Assembly: GCF_900105015.1 (NCBI RefSeq)
Contig: NZ_FNLK01000014.1
Span: 60,001-92,000 of the forward strand
Direction of reading: 5' to 3'
From: Schaalia meyeri
GTDB lineage: Bacteria; Actinomycetota; Actinomycetes; Actinomycetales; Actinomycetaceae
Length of the DNA stretch: 32,000 nucleotides
Shown: positions 17,930-26,795 of the stretch, in pieces
How the letters are laid out: every line of letters begins with the position of its first letter
How positions within the stretch are numbered: position 1 is the stretch's first letter
Program-made: the position numbers and the translations under genes
The notes under the pieces: generated by a model
The model's database searches: none
Seen by the model: only the letters and a program-made list of their open reading frames with translations
What the model was told of the DNA's origin: nothing

Positions 17930-18359
17930 GGAAGGGCGTGTCGGCCTCCTCGTGGCTGCCGGGTGCGCGTTCGTGTGCCTGCTCATGTGCACGACGATAG
18001 TGCTCACGGAGATAGCGATGCAGGACCGGCGGTTGGTGTCGTGCGCCGACGCCTTGGCCGGTGCCGGGGCGGGCGGCGCGTCTGCCTCACCCCTTTATTC
18101 GGGCGGGAGAGTGGGGGTTGACGAGACCGTCGCGCGTTCGCGGGTTGACTTAGCGCACGAGGAGTTGTCCGCCTCGATCTGCCGGGTGGGCGACGGGGTT
18201 TCCGTCGCGTGGGTGAGCGTGGATAGTTCCGAGGTGGAGGTGGCTGTGCGGGCTCATCCGCGCGTGTCGCTGCTTCCGCCCGTGCTTCGCGGGGCGGTGA
18301 TTCCCGAGCTGGCGAGGACGTCGAGCGCGCGCGTTCGTGGGGCGTCACAGGCCCCCTAA
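17922..18359 (+). CDS. Third TadE-like protein (Rv3654c-type 'helicase/secretion neighbourhood' TadE-like family)
   Basis: GTG 17922 gives an 8-nt overlap with the previous gene. An N-terminal hydrophobic helix is followed by ...RRLVSCADALAGAGAGG, similar to the actinobacterial TadF/Rv3654c pattern (from memory). Confidence 0.55.
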   Translation: MGEEGRVGLLVAAGCAFVCLLMCTTIVLTEIAMQDRRLVSCADALAGAGAGGASASPLYSGGRVGVDETVARSRVDLAHEELSASICRVGDGVSVAWVSVDSSEVEVAVRAHPRVSLLPPVLRGAVIPELARTSSARVRGASQAP

Positions 18360-18411
18360 AGGTGTGCTGTGCGACGGTCACATTGTGGGATGAGGCGAGA
18401 TCTCACAGTAA

Positions 18412-19794
<1,383 letters not shown>

Positions 19795-19926
19795 GTGCCC
19801 TGCCCGTGGGGCAGCGGCGGCCTGCCTCCCCGGGGAACCGTCCTCTGGGTGATGGTGGGGGAGTAAGGGCCGCCACCCGCGCGGCTCACGGCCCTCGTCG
19901 GCCCGCTGATCGGTTACCCTGGGTGT

Positions 19927-21048
19927 GTGGCCATTGAATTTTCTGAAGAGATCCCGTCCCTGCGCACCACGATGGAGAACATCATCGCGGTCGTCCAGCC
20001 GGACAAGCTGCGTGAGCAGATCGCCGAGCTGAACGAAAAGGCCGCTGCACCCGACCTGTGGGACGACCCCAGCGCCGCCCAAAAGGTCACCAGCGCCCTG
20101 AGCCACTGCCAGAGCGAGCTGGATCGCGTCACGCAGATGAGCGAGCGCATTGACGACCTTGAGGCCATGGTGGAGATGGCCGCCGAGGATCCCGACGAGG
20201 GGGTCGACATCCTGGCCGAGGCCGAGGCCGACCTGGCAAGCCTCCGCGAGGACCTGGGCAACCTGGAGATCCGGACGCTCCTGGACGGCGAGTACGATGA
20301 GCGCAACGCGGTCATCACGATCCGAAGCGGTGCCGGCGGTGTGGATGCCGCGGACTTTGCGGAAATCCTCCTGCGCATGTACCTGCGTTGGGCGGAACGA
20401 CACGGGTATGCGACGAAGGTGATGGACACATCGTACGCGGAGGAGGCGGGCTTAAAGTCAGCGACCTTCGAGGTCCAGGCCCCCTACGCCTACGGCACGC
20501 TGTCGGTCGAGGCTGGTACGCACCGCCTCGTGCGCATCAGCCCCTTCGATAACCAGGGACGTCGCCAGACGTCGTTTGCGGCCGTTGAGGTCATTCCTCT
20601 GATCGAGACCACTGATCACATTGAGATTCCCGAGTCTGAACTGAAAGTGGATGTGTTCCGTTCCTCGGGCCCCGGTGGGCAGTCCGTGAATACGACGGAT
20701 TCCGCGGTGCGTATGACCCACATTCCCACGGGTATCGTCGTGTCCATGCAGGATGAGAAGTCGCAGATCCAAAACCGCGCGGCCGCCCTGCGGGTCTTGC
20801 AGTCGCGCCTGCTCATCCTGCGCCACGAGGAAGAGGAAGCGAAGAAGAAGGAACTCGCCGGCGACGTCAAGGCGTCGTGGGGTGACCAGATGCGGTCCTA
20901 CGTGCTCCAGCCCTATCAGATGGTCAAGGATCTGCGCACCGAGTTCGAGTCCGGCAACCCGCAGTCCGTGTTTGACGGGGACATTGACGGCTTCATTAAC
21001 GCAGGCATCCGTTGGCGCAAGAACGAGCAGAACACCGCTGGGGACTGA
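19927..21048 (+). CDS. prfB: Peptide chain release factor 2 (single uninterrupted frame)
   Basis: GTG start. The SPF tripeptide is in RISPFD, GGQ is in [16 protein letters not shown], and DLWDDP lies near the N-terminus. Confidence 0.95.
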   Translation: MAIEFSEEIPSLRTTMENIIAVVQPDKLREQIAELNEKAAAPDLWDDPSAAQKVTSALSHCQSELDRVTQMSERIDDLEAMVEMAAEDPDEGVDILAEAEADLASLREDLGNLEIRTLLDGEYDERNAVITIRSGAGGVDAADFAEILLRMYLRWAERHGYATKVMDTSYAEEAGLKSATFEVQAPYAYGTLSVEAGTHRLVRISPFDNQGRRQTSFAAVEVIPLIETTDHIEIPESELKVDVFRSSGPGGQSVNTTDSAVRMTHIPTGIVVSMQDEKSQIQNRAAALRVLQSRLLILRHEEEEAKKKELAGDVKASWGDQMRSYVLQPYQMVKDLRTEFESGNPQSVFDGDIDGFINAGIRWRKNEQNTAGD

Positions 21049-21164
21049 GTGCGTCCGCTGGCGGGTTGAGTGCCACACCGTGGGTTTTCCGCGTGTCGCA
21101 CCCGGGGCGTGACATGATTGTTACCTAAGCTATACGGGACTGTTGACCCCGATCGGATGGTCCC

Positions 21165-21854
21165 ATGATTCGTTTTGATGATGTCACCATGGTGTACACG
21201 CCAGGTGCCCAGCCCGCGCTGGACCACGTCTCGCTGGAGGTGGAACGCGAGGAGTTTGTGTTCCTCGTTGGCAAGTCGGGTTCCGGCAAGTCCACGTTCC
21301 TGCAGCTCGTCATGCGCGAAATGAAGGCGACCAGCGGCAAGGTGTGGGTGCTCGGCAAGGACGTGTCCAAGCTGTCCACGTGGGCGGTCCCGAAGCTGCG
21401 CCGCCAGATCGGTACGGTGTTCCAGGACTTCCGCCTGCTGCCCTCCAAGACCGTGTACGAGAACGTGGCCCTGGCGATGCAGGTCATCGGGAAGCCCCGC
21501 CACGCGATCGAAACGGCCGTCCCCGACGCCCTGGAACTGGTGGGCCTGTCCGGCAAGGAATCGCGGTTGCCCCACGAGTTGTCCGGCGGCGAGGAACAGC
21601 GCGTCGCGATCGCGCGCGCCATGGTGAATCGTCCCGAGCTCCTCCTCGCGGACGAGCCGACGGGCAACCTGGACCCCGAAACTTCTCTGGGCATCATGCG
21701 TCTCTTGGATCGAATCAACCGCACGGGGACCACGGTAGTGATGGCCACCCACGACGCCGACATTGTTAACCAGATGCGCAAGCGCGTCATCGAACTCGAG
21801 GCCGGCGACGTTGTGCGCGATCAGTTCCGCGGCGTCTACGGGGCCGGGAGGTAG
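21165..21854 (+). CDS. ftsE: Cell-division ABC transporter ATP-binding protein FtsE
   Basis: [11 protein letters not shown]..., Walker [10 protein letters not shown], signature [14 protein letters not shown], Walker [13 protein letters not shown]. Confidence 0.95.
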   Translation: MIRFDDVTMVYTPGAQPALDHVSLEVEREEFVFLVGKSGSGKSTFLQLVMREMKATSGKVWVLGKDVSKLSTWAVPKLRRQIGTVFQDFRLLPSKTVYENVALAMQVIGKPRHAIETAVPDALELVGLSGKESRLPHELSGGEEQRVAIARAMVNRPELLLADEPTGNLDPETSLGIMRLLDRINRTGTTVVMATHDADIVNQMRKRVIELEAGDVVRDQFRGVYGAGR

Positions 21855-21859
21855 AGGCA

Positions 21860-22774
21860 GTGAAACTTCGTTTTATTCTCTCCGAGGTCGGCAAGGGCTT
21901 GTCGCGTAACCGCGCGATGAGCGTGGCCGTCATTCTCGTGACCTTCGTATCCCTGTTGTTCGTCGGTATCGCCGGACTGACGCAGATGCAGGTGTCCAAG
22001 ATGAAGTCGGAGTGGTACGACAAGATCGAGGTCACGATCTATATGTGCGCGAGCAACGACGCGGCGGCGAACTGTAACGCGACCGAGGCGACCGACGCGC
22101 AGATCGACGCCGTGCGCAAGAAGCTGGCTTCCTCGGAGATGACGCCCTACGTCGCGCACGTGTACGAGGAGACGAAGGAAGAGGCGTACGAGAACTTCCA
22201 ACGCCTCAACGGCAATAATGCCCTGACCCAGTGGACCACGCCGGACATGCTCCAGTTCGCGTTCCGCATCAAGCTGGTTAACCCGGAGCAGTACTCGGTG
22301 GTCAAGGAAGAGTTCTCCGGGACCGCGGGTGTGTCGGAGGTGCGCGATCAGCGCGAGGTCGTTGAGCCTTTGTTCCGCGTGCTCGGCGCGGCGCGCACGG
22401 CCGCTCTCGGCTTGGGCGCGATCATGGTTGTCGCGGCGATCCTGCTGATCTCGACGACGATTCGCCTGAGCGCAATGAGCCGCGAACAGGAGACACAGAT
22501 CATGCGCTACGTGGGCGCGTCGAACCTGTTCATTCAGGCGCCCTTCATGATTGAGGGAGCGCTGGCCGCGCTGGTCGGCGCGGTGTTCGCGATTGGCACC
22601 CTGTTCGCGGGAGTGCACGTCGTCGTCCAGGGGTGGATGGCTCCCTCCTTCAGGTGGACGAACTTTATCGGCTTGGGTGAGGTGGCGATTATGACGCCGA
22701 TCCTGGTCCTGGCCGCGGTGGCGTTGGCGGTTATCGCCTCGGCGTTCTCTCTGGCGAAGTACACGAAGGCGTGA
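21860..22774 (+). CDS. ftsX: Cell-division permease-like protein FtsX
   Basis: GTG start 5 nt after ftsE. It has an N-terminal TM helix, a large extracytoplasmic domain and three C-terminal TM helices, and contains the FIQAPFMIEGAL motif region. Confidence 0.9.
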   Translation: MKLRFILSEVGKGLSRNRAMSVAVILVTFVSLLFVGIAGLTQMQVSKMKSEWYDKIEVTIYMCASNDAAANCNATEATDAQIDAVRKKLASSEMTPYVAHVYEETKEEAYENFQRLNGNNALTQWTTPDMLQFAFRIKLVNPEQYSVVKEEFSGTAGVSEVRDQREVVEPLFRVLGAARTAALGLGAIMVVAAILLISTTIRLSAMSREQETQIMRYVGASNLFIQAPFMIEGALAALVGAVFAIGTLFAGVHVVVQGWMAPSFRWTNFIGLGEVAIMTPILVLAAVALAVIASAFSLAKYTKA

Positions 22775-22779
22775 TTCGA

Positions 22780-24054
22780 ATGTTCCATTCACTGCTACCT
22801 CCCGCACGTCGCGCGCTGCGCGTTAGCGCGATGGCCCTGGCGGTCGCGTCCTTTGTGGCGATGAGCCAGGCCCTGCCCGCCCGCGCGAGTGAGGAGCGCG
22901 ATGCCGCCGCGAACGCAGCAGCCGAGGCGCAGGCCACGGTGAACGCTCTCCAGTCCCAGCTGGAGGGTATTGATGCGTCCCTGGCTCAGGCTTTCATTGA
23001 CCTGCAGGCCCTGAACGGGCAGATTCCGGTGGCACAGGCCGCCTACGACGCGGCAACCTCGACCTTCGATGCGAAGGCGCGCGAGCACGCAACGCTGCTC
23101 GGCGAGCTGAACGCCGCTCAGGGCGAGCAGGACCGGATTGATCAGTCTTTGACGCGGGCGAACACGCAGGCCACCGACGCGCAGCGTGCGATTGCCGACC
23201 TGGTGCGCCGAAAGTACCGCGAGGGCAACGTGGATCCGGTCGCCGTTGCGCTCACCGCCGGTGGGACGCAGTCGATTACGGATCGCGCGGCCGCAGCCGA
23301 TATGGCGCTGCGCACGGAGAGCCAGACCATGACGGCTGCGCTGGACGTGTCCTCGTCGCGGCGCACGCAGGCCACGCGCCAGAATGCGATCACGGACCGC
23401 ATCGCGGAGCTGGAGGCAAAGGCCGCGCAGGCGGAAGCGGACGCACAGGCCGCTAAGGACGAGGCAGACGCGAAGCTGTCTGAACTGAACTCCCTGAAGG
23501 AGCAGGCTACGGCCAAGCAAGCCGAGTGGGACGCTCAGAAGAGCCAGGTGGAGGCGTCACTGAGCCAGGCGGAAGCTGATTACCAGGCGCGCAGCTCTGA
23601 GCTGGCCGCCATTGATGCGGCGAACAGGGCATCCGGCGCGTCCTACGCGTCGTCCTCGGGCTTCCGTAATCCCCTGGACATCCCGATCGTCGTGACCAGC
23701 CCGTTCGGCATGCGCTACCACCCGGTCTTGGGCGTCATGAAAGGGCATTCGGGAACGGACATGGCCGCGGGCTGTGGAACGGTCATCCGCGCGGTCGCGT
23801 CAGGCTATGTCAATGCCGTGTCCTCGGACGTGTCGGCTGGTAACTACGTGGACGTCAACCACGGTATCGTGGGCGGCAACTCGGTCATCACGGAGTACCT
23901 GCACATGCAGGCCCAGTACGTGTCCTCCGGGCAGTACGTGAACGCGGGCGACGCGCTGGGTGAGGTCGGCTCCACGGGGTATGCGACGGGCTGCCACCTG
24001 CATTTTGGTGTTCGTCAGAACGGAAGCTACGTTGACCCCATGGGTTACTTGTAA
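22780..24054 (+). CDS. Secreted coiled-coil M23 (LytM-type) metallopeptidase, a likely FtsEX-coupled murein hydrolase
   Basis: It has a signal peptide (...ALPARASEE) and ~270 aa of Ala/Gln/Glu-rich heptad-like sequence. The C-terminal M23 domain has intact HSGTD (HxxxD) and CHLHF (HxH) motifs. GTG 22771 (GTGA overlap) is an alternative start. Confidence 0.85.
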   Translation: MFHSLLPPARRALRVSAMALAVASFVAMSQALPARASEERDAAANAAAEAQATVNALQSQLEGIDASLAQAFIDLQALNGQIPVAQAAYDAATSTFDAKAREHATLLGELNAAQGEQDRIDQSLTRANTQATDAQRAIADLVRRKYREGNVDPVAVALTAGGTQSITDRAAAADMALRTESQTMTAALDVSSSRRTQATRQNAITDRIAELEAKAAQAEADAQAAKDEADAKLSELNSLKEQATAKQAEWDAQKSQVEASLSQAEADYQARSSELAAIDAANRASGASYASSSGFRNPLDIPIVVTSPFGMRYHPVLGVMKGHSGTDMAAGCGTVIRAVASGYVNAVSSDVSAGNYVDVNHGIVGGNSVITEYLHMQAQYVSSGQYVNAGDALGEVGSTGYATGCHLHFGVRQNGSYVDPMGYL

Positions 24055-24142
24055 TCCGCGTTAGGATTAACCCTCGTAGCGTTGTCGCTGCGGAGGTCTT
24101 TCCTTGTAGCTGCGCGAGAGTCGTCGTCGGAGGGAGGCATGC

Positions 24143-24670
24143 ATGCCGAAGGAATGGAAGAAGCCTAAGCCCACGGAGGGGCAGCGTGCGAAGGCCGCAT
24201 CTGACGCAAAGAAGACGATCGCCCGCAACAAGAAGGCCCGTCACGACTACGCCATCGAGGATACCTGGGAGGCCGGGCTGGCCCTCATGGGAACCGAGGT
24301 GAAGGCCCTGCGGATGGGGCGTGCCTCGCTGGTGGACGCGTGGGTGGAGATCAACGGGGGAGAGGCGTGGCTGTACGGCGCGAATATCCCCCTGTATTCG
24401 CAGGGGTCGTGGACGAATCACGCCCCGACTCGCAAGCGTAAGCTCCTGCTGCACCGCGCCGAAATTGATCGCATGGCTGACCGCGTGGCCGCGAAGGGGT
24501 ACACGATCGTACCGCTTGAGCTGTATTTCATCGGTGGGCGCGTGAAGGTCGAGGTGGCCCTGGCCAAGGGCAAACAGGAGTGGGATAAGCGCCAGGCGCT
24601 GCGCGAGAAGCAGGACCAGCGTGAGGCTGAGCGCGCGATGCGCCGCTATGTCAAGCAGGCCCGCGGGTAA
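24143..24670 (+). CDS. smpB: SsrA-binding protein SmpB
   Basis: IARNKKARHDYAIEDTWEAGLALMGTEVKALR and the RKRKLLLHRAEI motifs are present. The C-terminal tail is basic. Confidence 0.95.
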   Translation: MPKEWKKPKPTEGQRAKAASDAKKTIARNKKARHDYAIEDTWEAGLALMGTEVKALRMGRASLVDAWVEINGGEAWLYGANIPLYSQGSWTNHAPTRKRKLLLHRAEIDRMADRVAAKGYTIVPLELYFIGGRVKVEVALAKGKQEWDKRQALREKQDQREAERAMRRYVKQARG

Positions 24671-24759
24671 GAGAAAGAAGGCGATTGCGTGCGGGGTTGC
24701 GCGTGCGTTTCCGTGGTCTCCTTCGTGCGGTCGAGGCACTCCCTCCTTCTCCTTCACCC

Positions 24760-24788
24760 TTGACGGGCGCGACGTGCGGGCATATACT
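24760..24788 (+). promoter_or_regulatory. ssrA promoter TTGACG-17 nt-TATACT
   Basis: Near-consensus hexamers lie at 24760-24765 and 24783-24788 with an exact 17-nt spacer. They sit about 55 nt upstream of the mature tmRNA 5' end, consistent with a processed precursor leader. Confidence 0.55.
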
Positions 24789-24842
24789 GATGTGTCCGAC
24801 GGCCTGCGGCTTTGCGGGGCGTCGGGAGTTGAAAACTCAAGA

Positions 24843-25220
24843 GGGGATGATCGGTTTCGACAGTGGTCGTCGATCGAAGTGAAGCGAGCCGAGGATGTGC
24901 GCTCAACTCGTTAACGATGCGTGCAAACCAATAGGTGCCGAACAGAATCGCACCGACTACGTTCTCGCTGCCTGATATCGCAGCCTGAACCTTTAGTCCG
25001 TCAGCCCGGGAGCTGCTTCCGGCCCGGTGTCTGGCGTCGTCTAGGGAGCCACTGGGTGCCGCCCATGTTGGTGGGGCGGCTCCGACACTTAATCAACTGA
25101 GCCTATCCGGCAGTGAGTCTACGCGGATGCCGGGGGCCGAGAAATAAAACCGTAGACTGCGCTCGGAGAAGAATTCGGGGCCGGCTATTGGACGGGGGTT
25201 CGATTCCCCCCATCTCCACC
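24843..25220 (+). ncRNA. ssrA: tmRNA (SsrA)
   Basis: The 5' GGGGATGATCGGTTTCGAC pairs with the 3' ...GGACGGGGGTTCGATTCCCCCCATCTCCACC, giving an acceptor stem with a G3:U pair and a T-arm. The internal tag ORF at 24937-24975 encodes AEQNRTDYVLAA followed by a stop. The gene lies directly downstream of smpB. Confidence 0.9.
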
Positions 25221-25225
25221 CTACA

Positions 25226-25256
25226 CCCCGGAATCTCGTTGAGATTCCGGGGTTTT
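25226..25256 (+). terminator. Rho-independent terminator of ssrA
   Basis: A perfect 12-bp stem (CCCCGGAATCTC / GAGATTCCGGGG) with loop GTT is followed by TTTT. Confidence 0.85.
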
Positions 25257-25334
25257 CATTGTCATTTAGCAGGTTTTACCCCCTCGTGCGCACAGCGCGC
25301 ACGTATCAGGAAATATCAGGATGTACCACCCTGA

Positions 25335-25379
25335 GTGGCGCAGGTGTGGCGCAGACAGTGGAAAAAGATGCTGCGCCAC
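25335..25379. repeat. Three copies of GTGGCGCAG (two direct with an 11-bp phase, one inverted) just upstream of the integrase remnant
   Basis: Copies lie at 25335-25343 and 25346-25354 (direct) and as CTGCGCCAC at 25371-25379 (inverted). The extended 11-nt complement is GAGTGGCGCAG (25333-25343) against CTGCGCCACTC (25371-25381). Confidence 0.6.
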
Positions 25380-25398
25380 TCGACGTGGAGGAGTGCTC

Positions 25399-25755
25399 AT
25401 GAACACCCGCCGATCGTTCGGCTCAATCCGCAAAAACCGCGCAGGCAGGTATGAGGCCCGCTACACCGGACCCGACGGCGGCAAATACACTGCCGGCGAC
25501 AGCTTCACCCGTAAGGGCGACGCCAGCTCCTTCCTGGCCCGCGTCGAGGCTGAGATCAGCACCGGACGCTGGATCAGCCCCAAGTATGCCCGCGAGCGCG
25601 CCGAGGCGCGAATGCTCTCGCTCGACGCTGTGCTGTGGCCGTCCGCTGATCAGGTTTTCGAAGATAATTCCAACCAGACCGATCAGGGCGCCGACGACGA
25701 CATTATCGAGTTGGACCCACGGCACCGCCGCGCTCACCTTCACTCACTTTCGTAG
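25399..25755 (+). pseudogene. Truncated tyrosine recombinase (phage-type integrase): N-terminal arm-binding region only
   Basis: MNTRRSFGSIRKNRAGRYEARYTGPDGGKYTAGDSFTRKGDASSFLARVEAEISTGRWISP matches the conserved N-terminus of actinobacterial island/phage integrases. After about 75 aa the sequence turns unrelated and stops at 118 aa. No catalytic R..HxxR..Y domain appears in any frame nearby. Confidence 0.7.
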
Positions 25756-26713
25756 CTAACGCGTTAGCGGCGACACATATGAAAGGGTCGACACCATCAA
25801 GGAAACGGTGACGGAACTGGACTTGGGGGTGCTCGTCTAGGTTGACTGCCAAGCGACAGACACGTGACCTGAACAGGCAAAGACATCCAGGGTCTCAGCC
25901 AGCTCATCCACGCGGCGAGTGAATATCCCCGCCGGGTGGTAAGTCAGCCATCACCGTGATCATGGCCGCCTCGGAGCAATCACGGCGCTGGCCAAACCTC
26001 TGAGGGAAGTAGCAGCCAGAGTACAGCTTGGAGAAAGCAACACAGATCGCGCCATCCCCGCTATCCAACGCCCAATGCTGGAACCCGTTACGCATGAGTC
26101 ATGCGATCAGGGGAGTGCTATCCCACTCAGCCTCCCCCACATGCTGCCCCAGCATCAGCCAACAACAACACGGTCATTGCGCTGTGTGGCAGCGAACGCA
26201 TCAAATCCGGGGACGCCTCAACCATAGCCTCGTCCGGCAAACCAGCAGGAGCGATCAACTTGAGGCGAGGTCGTCGTAGTGCCTCCAAGCGCTTCGAGTC
26301 GCAAGCAAAGAGCATTCCCGAAGACTCGCAGAGACCATACCCACATTCGCAAGGCCGACCAATACGCGCTCACGCCACCACGCGGAACACTACTCCAACC
26401 CTGCGGGGCTCGTGATTGGCGCGGGTGAAACCGCCGCCGCCCCTGCTGCCCGTAAAACCGCGTTTTCAGCTGGTTCTGGTCTCGCTGGGGAGGTCTTGGT
26501 TTCATGTCCTCCCCGGTGAGATGGTGCCGGGGTGATGTGGGTTTCAGGTTTGCTCTGCAGTTGGTGGGTGGATACTCGTGGTGTAACCCTTTGTCGCCCC
26601 TGCGCCGACACCTCGGAGCGTTGGCCTCACGTGACAACGTGCGGGCGCAGGTCGAGGATTGTTTCGTGATGAGTTGTTGGTGATGTCCGTGACGGGTGGG
26701 CGCGGAATTGCTG

Positions 26714-26742
26714 TTGCCATTATATACCCCCGGGGGTATTAT
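26714..26742 (+). promoter_or_regulatory. Promoter TTGCCA-17 nt-TATTAT whose spacer and -10 hold a perfect 16-bp palindrome ATACCCCCGGGGGTAT (CsoR/CstR-type operator)
   Basis: -35 is at 26714-26719, -10 at 26737-26742, and the palindrome at 26724-26739. The site is ~55 nt upstream of the reductase ATG. A G/C tract flanked by an ATAC/GTAT dyad is the architecture reported for CsoR/RcnR-family operators. Confidence 0.6.
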
Positions 26743-26795
26743 CGGGAGTGTTGCAGCAGACACCACTTCATTCAGAGACAGAAAGTGAGCGACAT

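Noticed and set aside
19800-19814. Small hairpin CTGCCC-GTG-GGGCAG just after the gdhA stop, as a possible terminator
   Set aside because: It has only a 6-bp stem, a 3-nt loop and no T-tract, which is too weak to call from sequence alone.
19927-21048. Looked for the programmed +1 frameshift site (CUU UGA C) common in bacterial prfB
   Set aside because: The RF2 frame is continuous from the GTG start through SPF and GGQ to the stop. There is no in-frame UGA near codon 25, so no frameshift is required here.
26218-26766. 182-aa minus-strand ORF overlapping the CstR-type promoter
   Set aside because: Its composition is low-complexity and Arg/Pro/Gln-rich, it would start inside the downstream gene's promoter and leader, and it has no recognisable fold or SD.
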